From the NCBI GenBank assembly GCA_963721805.1, contig CAVRJY010000005.1, forward strand, positions 19,318 through 83,317: a DNA stretch of 64,000 nt, given 5' to 3'. Source of the stretch: Nitrospirota bacterium. Lineage in GTDB: Bacteria; Nitrospirota; Thermodesulfovibrionia; Thermodesulfovibrionales; JdFR-86. Below, piece by piece: positions 17,890 to 27,400 of the stretch. The translations under genes were made by a program, and so were the position numbers. How positions within the stretch are numbered: position 1 is the stretch's first letter; every line of letters begins with the position of its first letter. Under the pieces are notes generated by a model. The model made no database searches. It was not told the DNA's origin and saw only the letters and a list, made by a program, of their open reading frames with translations.

Positions 17890-18747
17890 ATGTTGTCCGA
17901 TAACAGGGAGAAGATTTTAAAGACGCTGGACTTGCCGTCGGTGCCGATGGTCGCGCTAAAGATACTCCGGCTGATGGACAACCCCAACGCCGGGGTCGAT
18001 GACCTTCAAAACGCGATCATGGCCGACCAGGGCCTGGCGGCGCGCGTCATCCGCATGGCGAACTCGTCGTTCTACTCGATGAGCCGCGAGATCGACACAG
18101 TGAGCTCGGCGATCTTCGTGATGGGCTTCGGGACGATCAAGAACCTCGCGCTTGCGGTCGCGACGCGCGACATCTACAAGAAGTTCGGCCTGCTGGAGCA
18201 GAAGCTCTGGGAGCACAGCATCGGGGTCTCGGTCGCGGCGGGCATCATTGCGCGGCAGGTGAAGTTCTTCAAGCCCGAGGAGGCGGTCATGGCCGGGCTC
18301 CTGCACGACATCGGCAAGGTCGTCCTGAACAACAACCTCCCGGAGCAGTTTCTGGTGCTCACGCAGCGCGTGTACGAGGAAAACGTCATGTACTCGGAGA
18401 TCGAAAACGACATATTCGGGTTCGGCCACGCCGAGGTCGGCGGCCTCTTCGCCGAGAAGTGGAGGTTCCCCGAGGCGCTCGTGAGCGTCATCCAGCACCA
18501 CCACGACTGCGAGCAGTTCGCCTCGACGCTCCCGGCCGACGCCTCGGAGGCCAAGCTCTGCCGCATCATCGCGCTGGCGGACGCCATCTGCCTCCGCCTC
18601 GGCATAGGCTACAGCGGCCCGATGACCGACCTCAAGATCGACGAGGACGCGATGCTCGCGAAGCTCGACATACCCAAGGCGAAGTACCCGGAGCTGAAGG
18701 AAGACATAAAGCAGCAGTACATGAAGGAGAAGCTCTCGTTCCACTGA
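17890..18747 (+). CDS. HDOD domain signalling protein (paralog)
   Basis: 285-aa ORF with LPSVPMVALKILRL and GLLHDIGKVVL. Confidence 0.8.
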   Translation: MLSDNREKILKTLDLPSVPMVALKILRLMDNPNAGVDDLQNAIMADQGLAARVIRMANSSFYSMSREIDTVSSAIFVMGFGTIKNLALAVATRDIYKKFGLLEQKLWEHSIGVSVAAGIIARQVKFFKPEEAVMAGLLHDIGKVVLNNNLPEQFLVLTQRVYEENVMYSEIENDIFGFGHAEVGGLFAEKWRFPEALVSVIQHHHDCEQFASTLPADASEAKLCRIIALADAICLRLGIGYSGPMTDLKIDEDAMLAKLDIPKAKYPELKEDIKQQYMKEKLSFH

Positions 18748-18765
18748 GAAAGAGCTGAGGGGGCC

Positions 18766-19011
18766 GTGGAGATACCCGAGATAAAAGGCGCGTTAGAGGG
18801 CGCACCCTACGCCAGGCCAAAGGTGCGCAAGCCGGGCGAAAAGGACGTCGAGCCCACCGAGCGCATCGCGTTTACCGAGATAATCTCCGAAGACCAGCGC
18901 GAGGGGCACCACCCGCCCACCGAGGACCTCCATCCCGAGGCGAGGGGCGGCCACAAGAAAGAGGAGAAGGCCCCGCCGCCTCCGCCGGGCCACGTGGACA
19001 TAAAAGTTTAG
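18766..19011 (+). CDS. Hypothetical charged/proline-rich small protein
   Basis: 81-aa GTG-initiated ORF. No recognisable domain. Confidence 0.3.
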   Translation: MEIPEIKGALEGAPYARPKVRKPGEKDVEPTERIAFTEIISEDQREGHHPPTEDLHPEARGGHKKEEKAPPPPPGHVDIKV

Positions 19012-19044
19012 GGCCTGTCTCCAGCAGGCCCTGGGGGGGACGAG

Positions 19045-19887
19045 ATGAAAACAGCCGTTGTCCTGGCCGCCTCGATCTTCGCATTCGTCCTGGCCGCGGC
19101 CCTGCCGGCATTCGCCACCTGCACGCCGGGCACGGACTGGACCGTCTCCTGGACCGACCAGTATGGCGAGACGACTTATACACTCACCGCGCCGTGCAAG
19201 GTCTACATCGGCGTCCCGTTTAATATCAACGCTACGGCCTCAGACAGCTACTATCCAAACAGTTCGGTCGCGTACCCGTGGGCGATCTACGACGCGTACG
19301 ACCCGGGCACCGGGCTGGTCAACGATACCGTCGCGGGCGGCTCGTGGCTTACTCTCTCTGGCGGACACTGGCAGACGGTCGTCTCGCGCACATACAGCGG
19401 CACGCCATACGACCATACGATCGGTTTTTACGCCAACGACCTCGGCCACGGCACCGGGGCCCATAACTTCTCGCAGCAGATTGTCGGCAACGTGACCGTG
19501 GACCCGTTTCTGGTCGATGCGGGGCCGGACCTCGTCATAACCGCCAGCCAGCAGGGATCGACCGTGATCCACGGCACTACGGCGGGGACCGGGCTGAGCT
19601 ACCGCTGGCTGGAGGGGGCCACGGTTTTGCAGGGCTACCTGCCGGTGGACGGCTCGGGAGGCGCCCCGCTGGACCTCTCGACGCTCTCGCCGCTCTCCGA
19701 TGGCGCACACACACTCACGCTTCAGATCACCGACGGCAACGCCACGAACGCCGACGCCATGGTGCTCACGATAGGCGCCCCCGCGGCCGCATACGTGGGC
19801 TATGACCCCAAGTGGTTCGGCATAACCTTCCTTATACTTATGGCCGCCGGAGCGTATCTCTTGCGCGGGCGGACCGCGAGGAGTTAA
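19045..19887 (+). CDS. Secreted protein with N-terminal signal peptide and C-terminal TM plus basic sorting tail
   Basis: MKTAVVLAASIFAFVLAAALPAFA signal peptide. C-terminus is YDPKWFGITFLILMAAGAYLLRGRTARS. Lies directly upstream of the exosortase-like gene. Confidence 0.7.
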   Translation: MKTAVVLAASIFAFVLAAALPAFATCTPGTDWTVSWTDQYGETTYTLTAPCKVYIGVPFNINATASDSYYPNSSVAYPWAIYDAYDPGTGLVNDTVAGGSWLTLSGGHWQTVVSRTYSGTPYDHTIGFYANDLGHGTGAHNFSQQIVGNVTVDPFLVDAGPDLVITASQQGSTVIHGTTAGTGLSYRWLEGATVLQGYLPVDGSGGAPLDLSTLSPLSDGAHTLTLQITDGNATNADAMVLTIGAPAAAYVGYDPKWFGITFLILMAAGAYLLRGRTARS

Positions 19888-19910
19888 GCCCTCTGGTGAA
19901 CAGTTACACA

Positions 19911-20444
19911 ATGAGGGAAGGGGGCAGTCGCCCCCCATTCGGCCGCCCCCTGTGGCCCCTTGGCCTTGTTTTCGGCCTGACCGCGATAATCCTCAACGTG
20001 CTCGTGGCATACCTGATGGGCAACGGACATCTCGCATTCATACCCGACCTCACCGCTCGCGCGATAACCGCGCTGGTGCAGGCCTCGGGGCTGCACGCGG
20101 TGAGGGAGGGGCTCGTCATACACCTGACGAACAGCACCTGGGAGGTCGCGATCGAGTGCACCGCGGTCTTCATCATGCTCATATACGCCTCGTTCGTGCT
20201 CGTCTATCCGGCCTCCGTGAGGGCCAAGCTGGCCGCGCTGTTGGCCGGGATACCGTTTATCTTCTGCGCCAACATCCTGAGGCTGTACGCCATGGCCTGG
20301 ATCGATTACCTGATGCCCGGCTACAGCGCGGCCTTCCACAGCTACGTCTGGCAGGTGGCGTTCATACTTATGGTGGTCATGATGTGGCTTGGCTGGATCG
20401 CGCACCTCGGGGACGATGAGAGCAAGGCTCCTCTTTCTCGCTAA
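19911..20444 (+). CDS. Small exosortase/archaeosortase-family protein
   Basis: Polytopic 177 aa with candidate catalytic Cys (VAIECTAVF), NxxR (CANILRLY) and His (AAFHSYVW) motifs. Confidence 0.65.
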   Translation: MREGGSRPPFGRPLWPLGLVFGLTAIILNVLVAYLMGNGHLAFIPDLTARAITALVQASGLHAVREGLVIHLTNSTWEVAIECTAVFIMLIYASFVLVYPASVRAKLAALLAGIPFIFCANILRLYAMAWIDYLMPGYSAAFHSYVWQVAFILMVVMMWLGWIAHLGDDESKAPLSR

Positions 20445-20898
20445 GTTTCTGGGCTGCTCGCTGCTGCTTGACGCGGCCTGGCCTGCGGTGTCCTCGGCTT
20501 ATGTCGCCGCGCTCGGCGGCGCGCTCGATTGGCTGACCGGCGTGCCGGGCTTCTTCTCGCCCGGAGATGCCCCCGGCATAGCCGAGCTCAGCAGGCTCCT
20601 GATCCCCCTGTTTTCGCTCGTGCTCGTGACGCCCGGCGTGCGGCCCGCCAGGAGGGCGGCCCTGCTCGCGGCCGGGGCGGTCGCCTTCGGGGCCGACGAC
20701 CTCGCGGGCTACTGGTCGTTTGCGCAGCTCGTGCGCACGCACAGGCTGGCTCTGGGCAGCCCGCTGTTTCTCGCGGCCTCCGCCGTGCCGCTCACCGTAA
20801 AGTGGCTGCTGCCCTTCCTGCTGGGCGCGCTGCCGAATTACGCCCGCCTGAAGGCCGTATTCGCTCCGCCCCCGGCCCCCGCAACAGTCCCGGAATAG
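20416..20898 (+). CDS. Membrane protein, possibly exosortase-associated
   Basis: Overlaps the exosortase gene end. Multiple hydrophobic segments. Association inferred from position only. Confidence 0.4.
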   Translation: MRARLLFLAKFLGCSLLLDAAWPAVSSAYVAALGGALDWLTGVPGFFSPGDAPGIAELSRLLIPLFSLVLVTPGVRPARRAALLAAGAVAFGADDLAGYWSFAQLVRTHRLALGSPLFLAASAVPLTVKWLLPFLLGALPNYARLKAVFAPPPAPATVPE

Positions 20899-20995
20899 GC
20901 CCGCCTGTGGGGCCTTGATCTGGCCCGCTGTGCGGGTTGTTGCGTCCCGCCGCATTGTGCCGTATAATCGAATTTAGATATATGTATCGGGCCGC

Positions 20996-21024
20996 TTGAC
21001 TAATTGTTTAGAAGTTTCTAAACT
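20996..21024 (+). promoter_or_regulatory. Sigma70-like promoter with embedded palindromic operator upstream of tusA
   Basis: TTGACT (20996-21001), 17-nt spacer, TAAACT (21019-21024). Perfect inverted repeat GTTTAGAA-GT-TTCTAAAC at 21006-21023. Confidence 0.5.
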
Positions 21025-21085
21025 ATAGATAAGGTCGCGCGCCTCTGCGTGCGACACCAAAGACCCAAGGAGGATAGAGAAAGCG

Positions 21086-21307
21086 ATGTCAACCGAACTG
21101 AATTTCAAGGGCATGGCCTGCCCGATGCCGATCATGAAGACCGCGATAGCGTTCAAGAAGGCCGCCTCTGGCGACGAGTTCAAGATCGTATGCGACGACC
21201 CCGGGTTCGAGCCTGACATCAAGGCGTGGGCCTCAGAGACCGGCAACCCCCTGGTGGGCATCGAGAAGTCCGGCAAGGACACCATCGCCACCATCAAGAA
21301 GAAATAA
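21086..21307 (+). CDS. tusA: TusA/SirA-family sulfurtransferase
   Basis: 73 aa with the CPMP active-site motif (GMACPMPIMK). Confidence 0.8.
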   Translation: MSTELNFKGMACPMPIMKTAIAFKKAASGDEFKIVCDDPGFEPDIKAWASETGNPLVGIEKSGKDTIATIKKK

Positions 21308-21320
21308 GGAGGCTGGCGAA

Positions 21321-21851
21321 ATGTCGGTCGAAGAGAAGGTAAAAGAGCTGGAGGCCCGGCTCGAGAAGCTCGAGGCCAAGGGCGAGAACCTCACGATGGT
21401 CCTGATGAGCGGGGACTTCGACAAGGTGATGGGCGCGTTCATCATCGCAAACGGCGCGCTCGCGATGGGCAAGAACGTGACCGTGTTCGCGACCTTCTGG
21501 GGCCTCGACGCGATCAAGAAAAGCTCGTTTGACACCTCCGGCCGCGGGTTCCTGGAGCGTATGGTCCTGATGATGCGCCCCAAGGGGCCGATGAAGCTCC
21601 CGACCTCGAAGATGAACTTCGCTGGCATCGGGCCGATGCTTTTCAGGTACATGATGGGCAAGAAGAACGTCGAGGGCCTGGATTCCCTGATCTCTATGTC
21701 CGTGGAGTTCGGGATAAAGATCATCGCCTGCCAGATGTCGATGGACGTCATGGGCATAAAGAAGTCGGATCTTCTGGACAGCGTGGAGGTGGGCGGCGTG
21801 GCCGCGTTCCTCCAAAGCTCGTATCAATCCAACACCACACTGTTTATATAA
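21321..21851 (+). CDS. DsrE/DsrF/DsrH-like family protein
   Basis: 176 aa with VLMSGDFDKVMGAFIIANGA...IACQMSMDVMG, typical of the DsrE2-like group. Adjacent to tusA. Confidence 0.65.
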   Translation: MSVEEKVKELEARLEKLEAKGENLTMVLMSGDFDKVMGAFIIANGALAMGKNVTVFATFWGLDAIKKSSFDTSGRGFLERMVLMMRPKGPMKLPTSKMNFAGIGPMLFRYMMGKKNVEGLDSLISMSVEFGIKIIACQMSMDVMGIKKSDLLDSVEVGGVAAFLQSSYQSNTTLFI

Positions 21852-21866
21852 GGAGCATTAAAACGC

Positions 21867-22235
21867 ATGGCAGAGAAGAAAGTCGTATACGTTGTCTCTA
21901 ACGACCCGTACTCAAACACCGAGAACGTCTCGGCCGTCTTCGCCCAGGCCCTCACCGCGGTGAGCTTCGGCCACGAGTGCAGCATCTACCTGATGGACGA
22001 GGCCGTTAACATCGCTAGGAAGGGCGGCATCAAGGACGTGAAGTTCCCGCAGTTCGAGCCCCTTGCCATGATGGTCGAGAACTTCATGGACATGGAGGGC
22101 AAGATCTTCGTCTGCCACCCCTCGAGCGACGCCAGGGGCATACACGAGGCCGACTGCCTCGAGGGCGTGAAGTTCGTAAACGCCTCGGCGCTCGTCGCGG
22201 CCGGGATAGAGTCCGACGCGCTCTTCACGTTTTAA
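21867..22235 (+). CDS. DsrE-family sulfur relay protein
   Basis: 122 aa with a DsrE-like fold signature (VYVVS...IFVCHPSSDARG). Clustered with tusA. Confidence 0.6.
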   Translation: MAEKKVVYVVSNDPYSNTENVSAVFAQALTAVSFGHECSIYLMDEAVNIARKGGIKDVKFPQFEPLAMMVENFMDMEGKIFVCHPSSDARGIHEADCLEGVKFVNASALVAAGIESDALFTF

Positions 22236-22254
22236 ATAACGCTTTTTCCCCTCG

Positions 22255-22298
22255 GGCCGGGCCTCCACTCCCCCCTAAGAGCGAGGCCCGGCCTTTTT
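22255..22298 (+). terminator. Rho-independent terminator after the tusA-dsrE cluster
   Basis: GGGCCGGGCCTC ... GAGGCCCGGCC followed by TTTTT. Confidence 0.7.
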
Positions 22299-22360
22299 CA
22301 TTGAACCCTCATGGGTTCCCCGGATGCATAACGGGCCGCGTTCCTGATAAGCTAAATATA

Positions 22361-23164
22361 ATGGGTATCGCATCCAAAATCGACTCGCTCGCGTCCGCTG
22401 TGGCGGGGCTGCCAAGCGCGGTCATCGCGTTTTCGGGTGGCGCTGACAGCTCGCTCGTGCTTAAGGCCGCCTCGATGGCCGGGATGCGCCTGCTCGCGGT
22501 CACCGGCCGGAGCGAGACCACGCCGGTCTCTGACATCGAGAGCGCGATCAGGACCGCCCGCGCCCTGGGCGCGCCCCACCGCATTATCGAGACCTCCGAG
22601 CTCGGGATCGAGGAGTTCGCCTCCAACCCCGTAGACCGCTGCTACCACTGCAAGCGCCACCTGTTTGGCCTGCTGAGCACGCTGGCGCATGACGAGGGCT
22701 ACGCATGCGTGCTGGAGGGCTCAAACGCGGACGACGCAGGAGACCACCGCCCCGGCATGAGGGCCGCGCGCGAGCTCGGCGTCAGAAGCCCGCTGCTCGC
22801 GGCCGGGCTCACGAAGGCGGACGTCCGCGAGATCTCGCGCTCGCTCGGCCTCGATTCCTGGGACCGCCCGTCCTCGCCCTGCCTCTCCTCCCGCATCCCC
22901 TATGGCATGCGGATAACCCCCGAGGCGCTCGGGATGATAGCTCGCGCCGAGGACGCGCTCCATGCCCTCGGCATTCGGGAGCTAAGGGTGCGCCACCACG
23001 GCGATAGCGCGCGCATCGAGGTCAGGCCCGAGGACATGGCGGCCGTCATAGAGCGGAGCGCTCAGATAACTTCGGAGCTGCGGACTATTGGATACCGCTA
23101 CGTCAGCCTCGACATCGAGGGCCTCCGAAGCGGTAGCCTCAATCCCCGCAGGGGGCTGGCATGA
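22361..23164 (+). CDS. PP-loop ATP pyrophosphatase, LarE-like sulfur transferase family
   Basis: SGGADS PP-loop, CYHCKRHLF, PCLSSRIPYG, RVRHHGDSARIEV motifs. Start set at Met21 of the ORF. Confidence 0.75.
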   Translation: MGIASKIDSLASAVAGLPSAVIAFSGGADSSLVLKAASMAGMRLLAVTGRSETTPVSDIESAIRTARALGAPHRIIETSELGIEEFASNPVDRCYHCKRHLFGLLSTLAHDEGYACVLEGSNADDAGDHRPGMRAARELGVRSPLLAAGLTKADVREISRSLGLDSWDRPSSPCLSSRIPYGMRITPEALGMIARAEDALHALGIRELRVRHHGDSARIEVRPEDMAAVIERSAQITSELRTIGYRYVSLDIEGLRSGSLNPRRGLA

Positions 23165-24312
23165 TCGAGCCGCTGCTGCAGGACGTCGAGAAGTGCGTCA
23201 AGTGCGGGGGCTGCAAGGCGATCTGTCCGACCTTTGAAAGCGGGCTGAGCGAGGCGCTCTCGGCGCGCGGCCGGATGATGATTCTCAGAGACCTTTACAA
23301 GGGCAACCTCAAGCCGGACCCCGCCTTGCGCGACCGCATCTGGAGCTGCCTGCTGTGCGGGCTTTGCGAGTCGGCATGCCCGGCCGGGGTTCAGGTGACC
23401 TCGGCGATCTACCGCGGCCGCAAGCGCATGGTCGGCCGCGACTTCAAGCGCCTGCCCCAGAGGCTGATCGCCCGCCACGTACTGAACTCGCACGCGAGGA
23501 TGGGCATGGCGCTGGGCGCGATGCGCCACCTCATGCCTTACCTCAGGCGCAAGGGGATCATCCCGTTTGACCTCGAGGTCGCGGACGCCCCGCTTCGAAG
23601 CGGGCCGCAGGTGATCAAGCCCAAAAAGAAAAAAGGCCGCGTCGCGATATTCACCGGCTGCGCGACTAACTTTCTGATGCCGCACCTCGGCGACTCCCTG
23701 ATCCGCATACTGTATGGTTTGGGCTACGAGGTCGTGCTCCCGGCCGGGGAGGTCTGCTGCGGCGCGCCGCACCGCTCGCTCGGGATGGAGCGCTCGTTCC
23801 AGAAGCTCGCCAAGCGCAACGTCGCGGTCTTCTCTCGGCTGAAGGCCGACGCGGTCGTGAGCCTCTGCCCGACCTGCACGCTCATGATAAAAAAGCACTA
23901 CTCCGAGGCGTTCGAGCAGGGCATCCCAAACGCGATGGACGCGCTTGCCTTCCTCTCGGACAAGATCAAGCTCCCGGACGAGACGCCGGAGGGCGGCTCG
24001 GTGATGTACCATCCGCCGTGCCACCTCGCATACGGCCTCGGCGTCAAGCGCGAGCCCGTAAATCTCCTGACCTCGCTTAACTATACCGTGGCTGAGCCCT
24101 CGGAGCCCGGCTGCTGCGGGTTCGGGCTGAGCATGACGCACGCGAAGCTCTCGGAGGGCATCCTCAACATGCGCGAGGAGCAGTACCGGAAGGCGGATAC
24201 CCTAGTCACGGCATGCCCCGGATGCATGCTGCAACTCGAACGCATACGCGGCAATGTACGCCACGTGATCGAGCTGATCGATGAATCGTTAGGCGGGGCG
24301 AGGCTCTTTTAG
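23161..24312 (+). CDS. (Fe-S) oxidoreductase with two CCG domains (GlcF/HdrD-like)
   Basis: Two ferredoxin-type CxxCxxCxxxCP clusters at the N-terminus and CCG motifs (CCGAP, CCGFG). Confidence 0.8.
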   Translation: MIEPLLQDVEKCVKCGGCKAICPTFESGLSEALSARGRMMILRDLYKGNLKPDPALRDRIWSCLLCGLCESACPAGVQVTSAIYRGRKRMVGRDFKRLPQRLIARHVLNSHARMGMALGAMRHLMPYLRRKGIIPFDLEVADAPLRSGPQVIKPKKKKGRVAIFTGCATNFLMPHLGDSLIRILYGLGYEVVLPAGEVCCGAPHRSLGMERSFQKLAKRNVAVFSRLKADAVVSLCPTCTLMIKKHYSEAFEQGIPNAMDALAFLSDKIKLPDETPEGGSVMYHPPCHLAYGLGVKREPVNLLTSLNYTVAEPSEPGCCGFGLSMTHAKLSEGILNMREEQYRKADTLVTACPGCMLQLERIRGNVRHVIELIDESLGGARLF

Positions 24313-24325
24313 GCTGCTATTCTCA

Positions 24326-24457
24326 CCTTCTTCAAAGCGCTCCAAATCGCGTGATACGTCGTCAGTTCTCGAAAACTCGCCCTCGGAGTACATCACAGTA
24401 CACCTCCGGGCGGTCTTCTTGCCCTGCCTTGTCTGAAGACGATTTGGCGCGCTTTCC
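24326..24457 (-). repeat. SRE copy R7 (5'-truncated: lacks head and P1 5' strand)
   Basis: Tail CCTTCTTCAAAGCGCTCCAAATCGCG at 24326. Body type 1 with AAGAC/GTTTT (G-U) helix. Ends at GCGCGCTTTCC. Confidence 0.8.
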
Positions 24458-24489
24458 TAAGAGTACCGGCTGGCTGTATAATAATCTCC

Positions 24490-27400
24490 ATGGGTATGCT
24501 GCATTTGTATAGGACACCTGCGCTCACTCAGGGCCAGGCTGCGTCACTCATCGAGTCTCTCGCCAATGCGGGCCACGAGGTCAGCGCCATAACCGCCGAA
24601 TACTGCTTCAATTGCTGGTGCACCGGCACCCTGGATGCCGCCGAGCAGGAGCGGCTTACATGGCTGCTGAGCGAGACCTTCGAGCCGGAGAATTTCTCGG
24701 CCAACTCGTTCCTCTCGGGCGATGTTATCGAGGTAGGCCCGAGGCTGAATTTCCAGACCACGTGGAGCGCCAATGCGGTCTCGATCGCCCGCGCGACCGG
24801 GGTCACGCATGTCACGCGCATCGAGCGCTCGCGGAGGTATCTGCTCGAGGGCGCGGATGCGGCAGGCCGCGCCGCGTTTACCGCGATGGTGCACGACCGC
24901 ATGACCGAGACCCCGTATCCCGCCCCGCTTCAGAGCTTCGAAAGCGGGATCGTGCCGGAGCCGGTCACGGTAGTGCCGGTGATCGAGCAGGGCCCGGAGG
25001 CGCTTCGCGAACTCAACCGCCGGATGGGCCTCGGGCTCGATGACTGGGACATAGAGTATTACCACAACCTCTTCGTGAACGTGATGAAGCGCAACCCGAC
25101 CACGGTCGAGTGCTTCGACCTGGGGCAGTCCAACAGCGAGCACTCTAGGCACTGGTTCTTCAAGGGCGATCTCGTTATAGATGGCGAGCGGATGCCGGAA
25201 AACCTGATGCAGATAGTCGGCGGCCCGATCCGCACGCAGGGAACTACGAACAGCGTGATCGCGTTTAGCGACAACTCAAGCGCGATACGCGGGTTTAAGA
25301 TAAACACCCTCCTGCCCGAAACTCCGGGTACGCCCGGCGCGATGGTCGAGGCTCAGAGGGAGTACCACCCCACGTTCACGGCCGAGACGCACAACTTCCC
25401 GACCGGGGTCGCGCCGTTTCCGGGCGCGGAGACCGGCACGGGGGGCCGCATCCGCGACGTACAGGCGGTCGGGCGCGGCGGGCTCGTCGTGGCGGGCACG
25501 GCCGGGTATTGCGTCGGCAACCTCCACCTGCCCGGATACGTGCAGCCCTGGGAGGACGCGACATTTTCATATCCGGGCAACCTCGCAAGCCCGCTTAAGA
25601 TCGAGATCTCGGCCTCTAACGGGGCTTCGGACTACGGCAACAAGTTCGGCGAGCCGCTGATACAGGGCTTTACCCGCGCGTTCGGCATGCGCCTTCCCAA
25701 TGGCGAGCGCCGCGAGTGGATCAAGCCGATCATGTTCACCGGCGGAGTCGGACAGATGGACTCGGCCCACGTCGCGAAGGGCCAGCCGGAGCGGGGGATG
25801 CTCGTAGTCAAGGTCGGAGGCCCGGCGTTTCGGATCGGGATGGGCGGCGGCGCGGCATCGAGCATGCTCCAGGGCGAGAACTTAGAGGAACTAGACTTCA
25901 ATGCGGTGCAGCGCGGCGACGCCGAGATGGAGCAGAAGCTCAACCGCGCGATACGCGCGTGCATAGAGCTTGGCGATAAAAACCCGATAGTCAGCATCCA
26001 CGATCAGGGCGCGGGCGGCAACTGTAACGTGCTGAAGGAACTCGTCGCCCCGGCCGGAGGGCGGATAGACATACGCAAGATCGAACTCGGGGACGCAACG
26101 CTCTCGGTGCTGGAGATATGGGGCGCGGAGTATCAGGAGCAGGACGCGCTGCTGCTGCGGCCCCAGGACGGCCCGCTGTTTGAGGCGATATGCCGGCGCG
26201 AGAAGGTCCCGGTCGCGTTCGTGGGCGAGATCACCGGAGACGGCCGCGTCGTCGTCTGGGACAGCAAGGATAACTCTACTCCGGTGAGCCTCGATCTCAG
26301 GCACGTGCTTGCGGAGATGCCGTCGAAGACATTTACGATAACGAGGCAGAAGCCGTTATTGAAAGCCCCGGAGCTTCCGGCCTCGCTCACTCTAAAGGAC
26401 GCGCTCGGCCGCGTGCTCAGGCTCGTAAGCGTCGGCTCTAAGCGGTTCCTCACGAACAAGGTGGACCGAAGCGTAACTGGATTAATAGCCCGGCAGCAGT
26501 GCGCCGGGCCTCTGGGGCTCACGGTCGCGGACGTGGCGGTCATTGCCCAGAGCCATTTCGGCACCACCGGGGCCGCGATCTCGATAGGCGAGCAGCCGAT
26601 TAAAGGCCTAATCAATCCCTCAGCCATGGCCCGCATGAGCGTGGCCGAAGCGCTGACGAATATCGTTTGGGCTCCGATTACCAGGATCGAGGATATAAAG
26701 GCCTCGGGCAACTGGATGTGGGCCGCGAAGCTACCCGGCGAGGGCGCGCTGATATACGACGCGGCGGTCGCGCTCAGAGACGTGATGATCGAGTTGGGCA
26801 TCGCGATAGACGGCGGCAAAGACAGTTTATCCATGGCCGCGCGCGATAACGCGACCGGCGAGATGGTCAAGTCGCCCGGAACTCTCGTCATTTCGGCATA
26901 CGCCCCCGCGACCGACATCACGAAGGTTGTGACGCCGGACATAAAACATCCGGGCGGAAGCGTGCTGCTGCATGTCGATCTGGCAAAGGGCCAACGCCGC
27001 ATCGGCGGCTCGGCGCTCCTGCAGTGCTTTAACCAGTTTGGCGATGAAAGCCCTGACATAGAAGATGCTGGCATCCTCCGCCGCGCGTTCGGGGCAGTGC
27101 AGGCGATGATTAAAGAAGGCGTCGTGCTCGCGGGCCACGACATCAGCGACGGCGGGCTGATAGTGGCCGCGCTGGAGATGGCGTTTTCAGGAAACTGCGG
27201 GCTTGCGCTTAATATGGCCCTCATGGACGACGATCCCATACAGGCGCTGTTCAGCGAGGAGGCCGGGCTGCTGATCGAGGCCGATGCGCAGGACGCCGAG
27301 CAGATTATCAACGCGCTCGGAGACGAGGGCGTTCAGTGCAACCTCATAGGCCGCACCGTGGCCGACGACAACGTGACGGTCATAGTGGAAGGCCGCACGC

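Noticed and set aside
26133-27311. Long antisense ORFs inside purL, dnaE (11932..12930), the MCP gene (39094..40422) and others in the track
   Set aside because: They are low-complexity Ala/Arg/Ser-rich translations opposite genes with unambiguous conserved motifs. This is expected in high-GC DNA.
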